Positions 1 through 12,444 of a stretch of DNA of 64,000 nt are shown here, piece by piece. How positions within the stretch are numbered: the stretch's first letter is position 1; each line of letters opens with the position of its first letter. Under the pieces are notes generated by a model, which saw nothing but the letters and a program-made list of their open reading frames with translations, was not told the origin of the DNA and did not search any database. A program made the translations under genes and the position numbers. Source of the DNA: Octopus sinensis (taxonomy: Eukaryota); NCBI RefSeq assembly GCF_006345805.1, contig NC_042998.1, positions 107,570,001 through 107,634,000 of the forward strand. The letters run 5' to 3'.

Positions 1-1140
1 TTTCCATTAGTACTCGTTTGTCTTTTATGGCTGCTGAAGCGGACTAAGGTGTTATAATGGAGGGAGTTAAATGTAGATCAGTGATCAGGTTCTTATACTT
101 GAAAGGTTGTACACCAAAAGAGATTTTCGATGAGATGAAAGAAGTTTATAGTGATGATGCACCATCATACGACATAGTCAAGCATTGGCATCGCCAGTTC
201 AAATGTGGTTGGATATCAGTAGAAACCACTCCTATTCCTGGATGACCATATTCTGCAATTGATGATGACACTATCCATAAAGTGGAAGCTGCCATTTTGG
301 CGGATTGCCACATAACTATTCAGCAACTAGCCCAAGAAGTGAAGATAAAAGTAGGGTCTGTGGAAAAAAATCATTCATGACCATTTGCACATGTGGAAGT
401 TGTCTGCATGATGGATTCCCTGGATGCTCATATCTTTTCAGAAGCAGGAATGAGTTAATTGCTCCCAGGCTCTTTTGGCAATGTGCCAAAAAATGAGGAG
501 GACTTTTTCGGCAGGCTTATCACACAGGATGAAACATGGGTACATCACTATGATCTTCAGACCAAAGTCTCACTGAAGCAATGAAAGCATAACTCACCAC
601 TTCCAAAGAAGGCTCATGTCCAACCCTCAGCAGGCAAGCTGGTGCTTCAGTCTTTTGGGACCAGAGTAGAGTAGTGATCATGGATTTTCTGGCAAAGGGC
701 ACCACAATTAACAGGGCATATTATGATCCTCTGCTGCAGAAATTGCGGGATGCCATCAAAGCAGAGAGGCATGGCATACTGACCAAAGGAGTCTGTCTCC
801 TCCAAGACAACGGCCTAGTTCACAATGCACATATTGCCCAGATGAAAATACTCCTGCAGCTATGAAATCCTTTCTCATCCCCCTTACTCTCCTGACTTCA
901 CACCATCTGACTTCCACCGCTTTCCAACCATGAAGTCTTTTTTAAAGGAGAAGCACTTTTTGGATGATGATGAACTTATTTCCATTGGCTCTAGACACAA
1001 TCTAGCGACTACTACAGATGAGGTTTTCACAGCTGCATAAAGCAATGGGAGAAGTGTGTCACCATTGGTGGTGGCTATGTAGAGAAGGACTAATAATTAT
1101 GTCAAGTTTCATTTATCCCAGTCCTTGGGAAGTGGGTCAT
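1..1140 (+). mobile_element. Decayed mariner (DD34D-type) transposon; left end lies outside the window
   Basis: HTH ORF 57-245 (MEGVKCRSVIRFLYLKG), QDETW at about 525, LLQDN at about 800, HPPYSPD..PSDF at about 876-915; multiple frameshifts and stops. Confidence 0.9.
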
Positions 1141-1572
1141 ACATGGCCACCACGATAAGTCATCGGAGATTGTGAGGCCTAGCATTTGTATAGTTTGATG
1201 AGGTTTTAATTGTGAGTTATTGAAAAGTAAGGAGTGTATGCGGTGTTATATTAAATTGATGTGCATAGATAATAGACCAGGTTGTTAGGTTTCCATTGGA
1301 TGATATTTCAAAATTTTCGTTCATGGAAATAGCATATATCAGATGTGAATTGTCTAGCTGACTGTGCTTGGTGTCTGGTAATCCTGTACAGGAGTGAGTT
1401 ATTTAGAAATGATAATGAGAAAATTCTCTATATGAGGAAGTCATAACTGAATCATGAAGCTCAATGGAATACAAAGTGTTTCTGAGAAAGCACCATCAAC
1501 ACATGTTGCAATGGAGTGTCCTAAAAGGAAAGTTTTAATCTGCCCCATAAATACATACTGTATTGTAATTAC

Positions 1573-1616
1573 CTGGAAAAAGCCAATTCACCCTATCAGT
1601 TCTGTAATGGAATAGC
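1573..1616 (-). CDS. Candidate exon 30 downstream of the TAG
   Basis: atttcag|...AG|gtaatt, 44 nt; only phase 2 is open (LFHYRTDRVNWLFP), matching the exon 29 donor. Confidence 0.3.
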
Positions 1617-1659
1617 CTGAAATGCCAACCCATCCTAACAATATATATTGTTATGTGAT

Positions 1660-1886
1660 CGATGCCAGGCCTGCCTAACTGGCTCCTGTGCCAGTGGCAC
1701 GTAAAAAGCACCTGTTACACTCTCGGAGTGATTTGCATTTGGAAGGGCATCCAGCTGTAGAAACATTGCCAGATCAAATTGGAGCCTGGTGCAGTCACTG
1801 GCTCTCCAGACCTCAGTCAAACAGTCCAACTCATGCCAGCATGGAAAATGGACGTTAATTGATGATGATAATGATGACGATGATGA
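1660..1886 (+). mobile_element. Short RTE-tail/SINE-like copy ending in (GAT)n
   Basis: gcacgtaaaaagcacc...ggaagggcatccagctgtagaaac...ccagcatggaaaatggacgttaa...gatgatgat, collinear with the 3' end of the RTE at 19150-19347. Confidence 0.8.
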
Positions 1887-1966
1887 GAGGCCTGAAAGGA
1901 AACTTCCAATTTACACCAACAGTGCATACTGTAACAGTGTGACATGTAAGGAAACTACCAACCTAC

Positions 1967-2046
1967 CTTATCATTATTTGCTGTATATGAAACGTCTAAT
2001 ACCAGACTATGTAACTGACTGGAGAATTTTCAATAAACAATTTATA
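1967..2046 (-). CDS. Dynein-like exon 29 containing an in-frame TAG at 1996-1998 (terminal exon, or interrupted exon)
   Basis: Strong acceptor ctcttcttctttag and donor AAG|gtaggt; YKLFIENSPVSYIVWY*TFHIQQIMI; all three frames contain a stop. Confidence 0.6.
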
Positions 2047-2561
2047 CTAAAGAAGAAGAGTAGATTTGGGGGAGATTGGAATGGCTGATGTTGAATTGAG
2101 TCTCTGACATGTTGGTAGTTGGAAGAAAATAAGCTGAGGGGAAAATAACTTTATGACCTATGCAGTTCAGTGGGTGAAGGATAAGATGAAATGCTTATTG
2201 CAGGACATAGTGGAGACATAATAAAATAATGGAAGTAGGAGAGGTAGGTATGCTAAGCAAGTTTCATCAGAAGCAATACAGATTTGTTTCTTAACTAGCA
2301 CTATCATGTTATCAAAGATTGAACTTTTGAATTCACTTGTACCCATACTTATGATATTTAAACAGTTAATTTCATGTCAAGCCTTCCCTAACTACTGTTT
2401 GTGCTTTTAGTGAGGAAGAAAAATGGTTTTCTGTTTTTGTAGGTGACAGGTATCAAATATCTCAGCTGCAGAAATAAAAACTATTTTCTGAATTCCCTGC
2501 ACAAAGATAATTTTAGTTTTCTGATCAACAAAAATATCCAAAGTTTGGTGATAGAACTTAC

Positions 2562-2692
2562 CTTTGAAAGGATTCTGGGTAGTTTGGTTATCAATGTCAC
2601 ACATAATCGCCACATTTCAATACAGGATCTCCAGTTTTGAATTTGCTGTTCTGGACAATATTTTATCACCTGTGGTACTGAAGTTGTTCCAT
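2562..2692 (-). CDS. Dynein-like exon 28
   Basis: aatcag|...AAG|gtaagt, 131 nt, phase 1-0; LCVTLITKLPRIL resembles A..IL..LP..F. Confidence 0.8.
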
Positions 2693-3106
2693 CTGATTAT
2701 AAATAGGAATATTTTTAAGAAAGAAATATAGAAAGAGTTTCTCTTGATTTTTATTTTTTTATACAGAATGAAAAATAAAATTGTGTTCATACGTTTCTCA
2801 AACATATTATTAATATAACTGAAAATAATTAGCTTCAGCTAGGGAGCAAAATCATGTCAAAGGTTGAGTGTTGCCAGCAGCTTTTCACTTCTCTACAGTA
2901 TTGGTCATGGCAATTAAAAGTATTAATACTTATTTAACAAAGCAAATTAAAAATATTAATACTTATTTAACAAAGCAGAAATGATGAAGCCTACTATCCA
3001 AATATATATATTTCATCCGTACAATAATAATATTTCAGTTGTGGGATATACAGCAAATTATCTTTATTTCTTCATTTATCGTGAAATATATATTTGGATT
3101 TCATTG

Positions 3107-3325
3107 TCATCATCATGCTGGCATGGATTGGATGGTTTGACCAGAGATGACAAGCTGGAGAGTTGCACCAGGTTCCAGTCTGATTTGGCTTGGTTTCTAT
3201 AGCTGGATGTCCTTCCTATTGCCAACTACTTTACAGTGTGTGCTGGATGCTTTTAATGTGCCACCAGCATCAGTGCAGTTTACATGGCATCAGCACAAGT
3301 GCTTTTTGTGTGGCATTGGCACAGG
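3107..3325 (-). mobile_element. RTE-tail/SINE-like copy
   Basis: Reverse complement of the same tail (catcatcatgctggcatgg...gctggatgtccttccta). Confidence 0.7.
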
Positions 3326-3486
3326 ATTTATTTACAATACTTTCTCATGGATCATATTAGATAGTTCCATGTAAGAATTTCTTCCTTAGTCACTAATTAA
3401 TCAATTCAGTAAAGACTATGTTAATGAAACCTGACACAAATGCAATCTGACTAGTAACACTAAATTAGAGAACACATCACTGAAAC

Positions 3487-3530
3487 CTGGCTTTACAATG
3501 TGGAAGAAGAGACTTGCCAAGTTGCTATAT
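3487..3530 (-). CDS. Candidate small exon 27b
   Basis: ttatttatag|...AG|gtttca, 44 nt; only phase 2 is open; ends in phase 1, matching exon 28. Confidence 0.35.
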
Positions 3531-3786
3531 CTATAAATAATGGAAATTCCCATCAAACAATAGTTTACCCCCACAGAAGTCAATAAATTCAGGGAAAAAT
3601 TAAAATATCTGGACTTTGTATAAAATTTGGATGTTTAAAAGTTGCACTAAGAATGTACAAACCCAATGTACAGTCTCAAAATGCAAAACTGCACACTAGG
3701 GATCACCTCTTTTAATATTCTCCATTGGAGACAGCCTGCACAGCTCTAGATCCTGTTAAGACTAACACAAAATTACAGTAACATAC

Positions 3787-3838
3787 CCAGAAGTGGATGA
3801 ACTTTGATATGAATCAATAATCAGAATGTCTAGTTTTG
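3787..3838 (-). CDS. Candidate small exon 27a
   Basis: tatgtatag|...GG|gtatgt, 52 nt; only phase 1 is open, matching the upstream exon; ends in phase 2. Confidence 0.4.
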
Positions 3839-4002
3839 CTATACATATGAAATAAGAAGTGAAAATATCAAAATTATTTTGTTGTTTATAAAACAGAAGT
3901 GGATAATATTTCTGTATTGAATACACACTGGAAATTATAAATCTAGTTAAATTACAGGGTATTAAACTAAATCTAGTGTCATGATTTTAATTTGGTACAT
4001 AC

Positions 4003-4114
4003 CAACTGAAGCCATGTGTGAGGTTTGTGAATGTATATAGGATGTTTTTGGTGGTAGAGAAGTTAGCAACATATCAAGTTGTTTCAGAACATATTCTTCA
4101 TTTTTTGGTAATGC
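4003..4114 (-). CDS. Dynein-like exon 27
   Basis: ctttag|...G|gtatgt, 112 nt, phase 0-1; ALPKNEEYVLKQLDMLLTSLPP. Confidence 0.8.
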
Positions 4115-4659
4115 CTAAAGAAAATATGATGCAATCATTACAAAACATTCTTTCTAAAAATGGTAAACATTTAGTAGCAACTTTAAAATTTACAACACAT
4201 CTCGGATCACATCCTACAGTTAAAAAAAAAAAAGAACTCATTAATAAATGCAGTATTAAGTATACTATGGTTGAATACAGTCAACAGATGGAACACCTTT
4301 GGTCAAAGGCCTAGTGAATCATGATTAATCTGGAACTTAACAACTATACCATTAACAGGAATGAATAACTATTACAGGGCTTCATAACAACAATTGTTGC
4401 TGAGTTGAGGATAGTCAACAACAGAAGCACAAATAATAGTTTTTTTAGATATGCATGACCAGTGAGATGTTTTTAAGAGAAGCTATTTATATTTATACAT
4501 CTTACTCTGTAAAGCTACAGGCAAAAATCAATTATATCAGCTGCAGTTTAATACTTAACTGAAGTTTAATACTTCAGTGAAGTGTTAAATTCATCACACC
4601 AAATCAGTCATTTGACCAATCATTAGTAATTGAAATATTCAAGAGATAAATAACTCTAC

Positions 4660-4790
4660 CTCTTGGTACTTATGTAAGTGGCACATTTGTGGTGAAGCGA
4701 GAAATTGGTTTGGTATTTTGCCCAGTTCTTGCTGAAGGTTTGCCAAATTCCTGGGACTATTATATAAAGCTGTCAGACCTGAGTATTTCA
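4660..4790 (-). CDS. Dynein-like exon 26 (C-terminal domain start)
   Basis: cctcag|...GAG|gtagag, 131 nt, phase 1-0; GKIPNQFLASPQMCHLH resembles LP..D.PE.FGLH. Confidence 0.85.
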
Positions 4791-6808
4791 CTGAGGATAG
4801 AAATAGGTTGACAATAAATAGTAGGAGAAATAAAGGAAATGACAGAAGAATACACACACACACACACACAATCATAGGCAAATGTATATGAATTTGAGAA
4901 AAGTACTCAACACAAAAAGGAGAGTGATATAATATTTAAATGAAGCTAAAATTTTCCTACAACAACTTTACTCTTTTAGTTATTCAGGTAGATAAGGAGT
5001 TGAAAAAAATATACATTTATATATGTATATGATTTAACATACTGTTGATATGTCTGAAAATAGAAGGGAAGGGGGATAGAAAAACAAATGAGGTTTATAA
5101 TGATCATATAATATATTAATTAAAAGACAAAACAAAATTATATCAATTCTTAAAATGTAAATGAAATATAATACAAAAGAAAATAAGGAAAAAAAAAGGA
5201 GGTGGAGAGAAAGTATGATCATACACTGATTCAAAGCAAACTTATATGAATGATATGAGTGGAAAAGATGTAAGAAAAATAAAGAGAAAGTAAAACAAGA
5301 AAAGGAAAGAAACCATAAACAAGTTTTAGAATGATTGTATAACTTGATATAAAAAGTTATATGAATGAAATTTGTAAAACATTAAACCAAGACTTAAAAA
5401 CATGGAAACTCAGTTATAGAAAACTATTGAAGTATAAATGTACAATGATAAGAATTAATTGGAATAACTATAGAATTTTCACACATAATTAACAATGGAG
5501 TATTGTAATTCTTGAATAGAAATGCCAGTTTATGCCTGCAAAATGAAATGAATTCCAAGTTTCTATTGTGTGTGTGTGTGTGCATGCATATGTGTGTACG
5601 TGTTTGTGTGTGCATGTTCATGCATGCATATATGTATATACCTACACAAAGATATATACACTATGGAATACATTATTCCAAAATACATAATTTGCAGAGA
5701 TTGGTATGCTGATTATAGACTTTTGCACAATCCCCAATTCTCTGCCAATATCAAAATTTTAATGCTGTAGTAGTATTCACCCTTCATATGCATTAGTGAA
5801 TCCAATATTAAAATTGTAAAAGTGCAAGAAAATCTCTATTGCCCATTGATAACATCTAAGAATAAAAAAGTAGCATTTCTCCTTTTGGTTGAGATAAAAT
5901 ATAGCTTGAGATCAGATATGTAAATTATTTATTTCACACCTACTCTACACTAAATTCAATCTTTTACAGAGTGGGTTATACTATGATGCTAGTCTTATAA
6001 TCTTACATAACATGAACAACCAGCAAACTGATGGAACTTCTTGGGTACTTTACTTACGAACTATTCTTGTGTATCTGTTACATACGCAGTCCTTCTTTGT
6101 CAGTCTACATTATCATTATTGTTTCTTTGTGCTGGTCAAATGCAGTACTTGTGAAAGGCCTAAATAAGATTATGCAAATTTGTGTTTGCCATATCGGGCC
6201 TTTTATGTGTTAGTTTGACATACTGGGATTGTAAATAGTTTAGAAATAAAGTTTCTCAGTTGGCATTCAGTCTGGAACTAAGTACACATCCAAGAAAAAG
6301 ACACCCAATGATGCTTAAATCAAACTGACTAAAAGGTAGAACAGATAGATAGATAGATGGATGGATGTGTGTGTGTGTATGTATGTAGGTGTATGTATAT
6401 ATATATATGTATATAGTTCAAATTTATAGAAAAACAATAGATGAAGACAGGTGTAGGAACAACAAGTAAGTGTATTAGTTTGACACTTGGGAAAAATGGA
6501 AAAGTCTTTTACGTTTCAAACCTGCACTCTGCAACAGAAAGGAATAAGAGGAAATAAATAGAGAAAAAAAAAACAAAAAACGTGTAGAGTTCAGTGGTCC
6601 AACATGGTGAAATATATGTATGTGTATATATGTGCAAGTGTGTGTGTGTGTGTGTGTGTGTAAAAATTCCTCTTTAAAGACAACATTAATAGTCTGAAAA
6701 AGTGATAATTTTATCCAAAATTCATCTTTAAAGATAACATTAAAAGCCTGAAGAAAATGATAATTTTATCCCTTTTTTGTTGTTAAATATTAAAATCAGC
6801 CTACTTAC

Positions 6809-6920
6809 ATTTGCTATATTCAAAGTTCTTCTTGAGAGAATTTGCTGAGACGAGATATTCAACCATTCCTTTTAAACAGATCTGATCTCTTGTATGTTGT
6901 AAATAACGACCAAATATTAT
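6809..6920 (-). CDS. Dynein-like exon 25
   Basis: ctacag|...T|gtaagt, 112 nt, phase 0-1; IIFGRYLQHTRDQICL resembles I.YGG.V.D..D.R.L. Confidence 0.88.
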
Positions 6921-7095
6921 CTGTAGTGGGTATTAAAGACAGACAATATACATGTGGAATTAAAAATCTCTTATTTAGAAAGCAAGTAGATGTTGAATGA
7001 AAGGGCAGCCAGTAATAAAATGTAGCCTCAAATAGTCCCCATCTAACCCATGCTCACATCATGTGTATATATAGTATGTGTATATAGTGTATATA

Positions 7096-7285
7096 TCATC
7101 ATCAACATCATCAGTTAACAGCCATGTTCCATGTTGGCATGGCTGGATGGTTTGACAGGAAATGATGTGCCAAGGGACTACATTGAGCTCCAATGTTTGC
7201 TTTGGCATGGCTTTTATGGCTGGATGACCTTCCTAATACCTACCACTTTACAGCATGGACTGAATGTTTTCTTTTGTGCCACTTG
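7096..7285 (-). mobile_element. RTE-tail/SINE-like copy
   Basis: catcatcaacatcatcagttaac...ccatgttggcatggctggatgg...ggctggatgaccttcctaa. Confidence 0.7.
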
Positions 7286-7616
7286 AACAGATTGCTATGC
7301 AGTCTGCAGCAGGACTATGAGCCCTGGAGTAGGTGTGTGTGTGTGTGTGTGTCGGGGTCAGCCTCATGCTAGGGGATGCATGTATAATGTGTGTTTAGAA
7401 ATGGGCAAAGAATGCCACTAGACAAGTGAAACAACAGTCTAAATAAAAAGTGGTATGTAAAAATGGAATAATGATGGAAACAGAGATAAAGAGATGGTGG
7501 TGGTCAAAGTAATGAACACAGCGATCATGTTAGGGGTGATGATATTGCTGAAGGTGTTAATAGTGAGTGCACTAGGGATGATAATGAGGATAACGATTTA
7601 TGCTGATGATAATTAC

Positions 7617-7733
7617 CTCAGAAAAAACATATCTGATTGCAGACAAAGAAATAGGGCAAGGCATCTGTGTATCATTGGGAATGGCCAATTTTGAAAATCT
7701 TCTCAAGTCAAATCCTGCAAATTTTATTGCTTC
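7617..7733 (-). CDS. Dynein-like exon 24
   Basis: tttcag|...GAG|gtaatt, 117 nt, phase 0-0; ISLSAIRYVFSE resembles IPW.AL.YL.GE. Confidence 0.88.
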
Positions 7734-9426
7734 CTGAAAATTAGATTTAAAAGAAAAAAGAGATTTTTTCCAAAGATGTTGCCAGAACAAAGATATATTA
7801 TTAGAACAAACTGGTTGGATTAGTCAAACTAAATACGACTTTAGCCACTTCCATTTTAACTATCTGAGGTTATGCATTCAATAAAGTACTTCACTGTCCA
7901 GTAAATATTAACTTTAAAATATGCAAATATATAGATACATGATGGAAATAGATACTGAGTGATGGCTGAAAGATGTGTCATATGATGTCAGTAGTTATCC
8001 ATGACCAAGGAAATATGGCAAAAAGTGGTGATGTCATATCTCAGGTTGCTAGGATCCACAGGTGTAAGATTCAAATGAGAGGCAATCTCCTATAGTGAAG
8101 ATCCCATCCAATCAATTAGAATAGAGAGAAATGGATGTCAGAATTCATAGTAATGATGATGGTAGAAATAGTATTAAATAATGACACATTATACAAGTAA
8201 ATCATGTGATCAATTATCCTACCATTCTACTGTTTCCTGTGATTCCATTGTAGTATTATTGTGATTTGGCAGAATCATTTCAATATCCGTTCAGCACTAT
8301 ATGATCTGAACTCAAATCCCATTAAGTCAACTTTGCCTTTCAGTTTTCTGGAGTTGGTAGTGGGGTTGATAAAGTACCACTCAAGTATTGAGGTAAATAT
8401 AATTAACTTGTAGGTGCAGTTACCTCCCTTGACAGCAGGTTTAAACAAGCTCATGCTAGATGGCATTTGAGCGGTGAGATTCTGATATGAGGTCTTGTGA
8501 CTTCCTCTTTTGGCATCTAGATGTCGGAAAGCAAGGACATGGTCTAGTTGGCTCTCTTATGACACACGGCGACTAGCAGACATGAGGTAATGCACAGAAG
8601 AAGATCATGGCCTCCACGCATCAAACTCCTTCTATTTATCATTCAGCTTATATGTGTGTGAGGCCGACATTAAAGGTATTTAAAGTTACAGCCTTGTTCT
8701 ATGTATTTCTTTGTACCGTGTTCCTATCAAATGATATTACACCCTTCTGAAGGAGTTAACCTTTAGGTGATTCCACAGCCCTGATACAAACACCATCTAA
8801 AAACTAAACAAACCCATCCACCAAACTTCTAGCCTTGGTAGAACAACCACCACCACCACCACCCTGAAAAATAAGCCTTTGGTAAAGAGTACATCAGTAA
8901 TCTATGGACATTTAAGAGGTTATGTACCAGAGGATGTAAGCTCTTCACAGCTCATATAACTCAAGACTGCTTGTCGGCACGTTTGAAAATCCCAAATTTC
9001 TATAAAGGAAAGGAAGGTAGTTGGAGCCATGGGGTGCTTTGATTCAACTTAGGTGGTAACTTTTCAACAGGGTATAATTGGCTCTAATTGTTTTATTTAA
9101 TATTATTATTTATATGATTTGAAATTTGTTAACATGCCTTTATATAGAATACTCCATTTTTAAAAATAATTTTGTTGTACTAAACTTCACTTTTTTTTAC
9201 ATCCACTTTGTAAAAAATGCCTTGTAAGATTTGCTCTAGCTCTTTTTGTTCTGACTTCAAATCCTGCTGTACTTAATTTTGCATTTCATCCCTCTCGGGT
9301 TGATAAAATAGAGTATCAGTTAAGTACTGGGGTTGATGGTATTGGCTAAACACCTCCTCTCAAAAGCTGCTAGCTTGTGTCTAAATTAGAAACAATTATT
9401 GTTACTGTTATTATTAGTATCATCTT

Positions 9427-9622
9427 TAGGGTGGTAAGCTTAGCGGCATTTTGTCCATTTTTATGTTCTGAGTTAAAATTCTGCTGTGGTCCACTTTGCT
9501 TTTCATCCTGTCAGGATCAATAAATTAATTACCAATTGAGCACTGGGGTTGATGTAATCAACTAGTAGTCCCCTCCCCTAAAATTTCAGTCCTTGTGCCT
9601 ATAGTAGAAAGGACTATTATTA
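9427..9622 (+). mobile_element. tRNA-derived SINE, family B
   Basis: ggtggtaagcttagcggcatttt...tttgcttttcatcctgtcaggatcaataaatt...ttgtgcctatagtagaaaggactattatt; same family as 59573-59820. Confidence 0.7.
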
Positions 9623-9903
9623 TCATCATTTCTATTTCTGGTAAAAAGGGCAGTAGATGACAAAAACAATAGAACCTCAGATGAAATGTGTTGTAATATT
9701 TGATTATATCACTTTATATTTTAAGATGATAGTCTGCCAGTGTAACTTTTGCTTTTCATCCTTCAGTGGGGTGGGGCAATAAGAATAAGTACCTGTCAAA
9801 AACTGATCAATTAAATAAAACAAATAGCTCCTCATAAATTTATGAAATTGTGTTGAAGCTAGAATTCATGATCATTTCTAACAAAACAACAGAAAATACT
9901 TAC

Positions 9904-10098
9904 TTGCAAGTCTGTAGAGTTAATATTTTCAACATCGTCTGCATTCGCCCAACCGTGAATCATGTTTGTTCGTAAGTGAAAGGTCGTATACAACAGGCAA
10001 ATATTGTACAGAAGCAATGGCCAATGTGTACTAGAGTTCATGTTTAAAATATCTGGATTCAACTGAGTGGATGACCACTGTAGGTGGTCTTTGGCATG
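9904..10098 (-). CDS. Dynein-like exon 23 (AAA6 lid)
   Basis: ttttag|...CAA|gtaagt, 195 nt, phase 0-0; WPLLLYNICLLYTTFHLR...GW...INSTDL resembles W..LLF.L.FFHA...ER...GWN..Y.FN..DL. Confidence 0.92.
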
Positions 10099-10212
10099 CT
10101 AAAACAACAAAATTTATATGTGATGAAGATAAACAGACACACAGTTACACTTGTATACATAGCATGAAAATTAATGAACCAAAACTGTTGATATGACAGA
10201 TATATAAGAATA

Positions 10213-11013
10213 TATGTGGTCTGATCAATGAGTATTCAGACTGTTGCCATAGTAATGAAGCTAAAGCATGCAGAGTGAAGCTGCTTTTTTCAGATTGACC
10301 TTGAATGCTGCTGTGCATGCACACTAAGTTTTAATATTCTAGCTCACTTCTGCTGTTTACAGCAGTGCTTGGAAGGAAGGTGTGTGATCATTACATTAAC
10401 CATAGAGAAAGCTGAGCAGAGAAATTTGCATCAAATTTTGCCAAAAGCTTGGCGATACCTGCTCAGAGGTCTACACAAAGTTATTAAAAAAGTTTTCATC
10501 GTTCTTGACACAATCAAGGAGATCTTGTGCAACTGAAACCCGAGTGTCTTTTTGGTCAACTGAAAGCAGTTTTGGCACAAACTTGGCAAACATGTGTCAC
10601 ATACACAAATCTTCAGTGATAACGGACTGAACTGAACTGAACTGTAACTAATCTGCACATCCTCTGATAACTCATGGATGGTGATTCAATGATTTCCCCT
10701 CACAGTTGCATGCACATATGCAATGTCTTTCTCAGTTTTGCTGGATGTAGGTTTTCAAGAATGTTCATCAATATTGACATTTTTTCAGCCATCTTGGAAA
10801 CATCTGGGTCACTTATACATTTGCGTGTAGCTCATACACTCCTCTCCATACACTTTCTGCAACTTTGTGTAGACCTCTGACCAGGTATCAGCATGACAAC
10901 TTTCTACACATACACAGCAGTGTTTAAGGTCAATCTTTGCCAAGCAGCTTCACTCTGCATGCTTTAGCTTCATTACTATGGCAACAGTCTGGATCCTTAT
11001 TGATCAGACCTTG
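10213..11013. mobile_element. Non-autonomous mariner-derived element with long inverted ends
   Basis: Left ggtctgatcaatgagtattcagactgttgccatagtaatgaagctaaagcatgcagagtgaagctgc and its reverse complement at about 10925-11013; TA flanks; transposase scraps inside. Confidence 0.85.
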
Positions 11014-12444
11014 TATTTATCACAATGTATTGTAAATTCTTTTAGATTTTTGTAATATTTACATAATTAATTTTCTATGAGTGGGTGTATGCATGCATGA
11101 GTGAATGAGAAGTGTATCGTTTCAAATGATATTGGAAAAGGGACAATGGCACTTTCTGTTTGGTTCACTGATGTTGTTATCATTTTAGTTTATGTTGCAA
11201 AGTTGTACATTTTCTTGAATTGCTTGTATTATAGGAGCTGGGTGGAGACTGTAAGAATCTTATTTGAGCCTGTTATGTATTGTGATTTAACTTATTTCAT
11301 CCTACAATATCTACATGTGGTAGGGGAGAATTTCTTGTGCATAAAAATTTTAAACTTTGACCAGTACTGTAGCCTAAACCATTCCGTCTTCTTTCATGGT
11401 AGGTTGTATTTTAGTGTAAGCTTATCCTGAATATTTAACTATTTTGAAGACATAACCTTCACATTGCTTGCTCCGCTGTGATCACTTCCGGCTGTAGATT
11501 ATATAAAGAACCCTTTGCACATGGTTTCCCAAACCTTCACATAGCTTGCTTCGCTGTGGCAGTATTATTCCCTGACCAGCTAAGCTAAGAAATTTCTCTA
11601 GTACTTAATCACTCATCATTCATTCATCTAACCCGCAATACTAACATGCTGTGTGAGTTAAAATAACTTTTGTAACTTGTAATTTTTTAATTCTTCAAAT
11701 AACTTTCAAATTGTAATTCTTTAAATCCTTTGCAATATTCTCTCTCCATTTCATAACCCATGTGTTCCTATACTTTGCCATGTTTCCTCTGCCATGATTT
11801 CCTTAGAACTCTCCCTCATCTCTAAAATTCGTAAATATTCTTGCCTTGTCTTATAACACATCTTTCTCACTCTTGTTATGATTTCCCCCAGTGATGAAGT
11901 TTTTCAAGTCTCTCTGTGTGCCTCACTAGTGTCTTCTTGCTGCTATTTCTTGATTTGCCCCCCCCCCATTCCTGCCCTCAACCATCTATACTGGAAATCT
12001 CTTCTCTTATACCAGAAATCTCTGGATATCCCTACAGGATGCTGTCTCACTTCTGTACCAGAAGACTTGCATACCTCTGTCCCTTCCACCCCACCACTAC
12101 CACCACTCATCAACACTGGTGCATGCTCCAAAAGGAGGTGTGTTACCTAGTAAATTAACAAACCACCTGCCTCTTTCTCTCTATATATGATGGACAAAAC
12201 AATAGCAGCTTATTTACTTACTTAATTTAAACATTGTCCTATTTATATTTGCAGCAGTAACACTCATAATACTTATATTTACAATGCTTACCTTTCAATC
12301 ACCACTAATAGGGACAACAATTTTAACATGTTTGAATGATGGTAGGTTAAAGCAAGAATTTATGTGACATATCTGTTATCAAATAATCATTGAAACCTTC
12401 TTTTCAGGTGCTGAATACCATCTCTCCTATCCATGTTCCCTCCT

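Noticed and set aside
1200-1520. Further dynein exons after candidate exon 30 (acceptors at 1521 and about 1385)
   Set aside because: Open frames exist but lack convincing dynein C-terminal motifs or donors; the first would need a 52-nt intron. Left unannotated.
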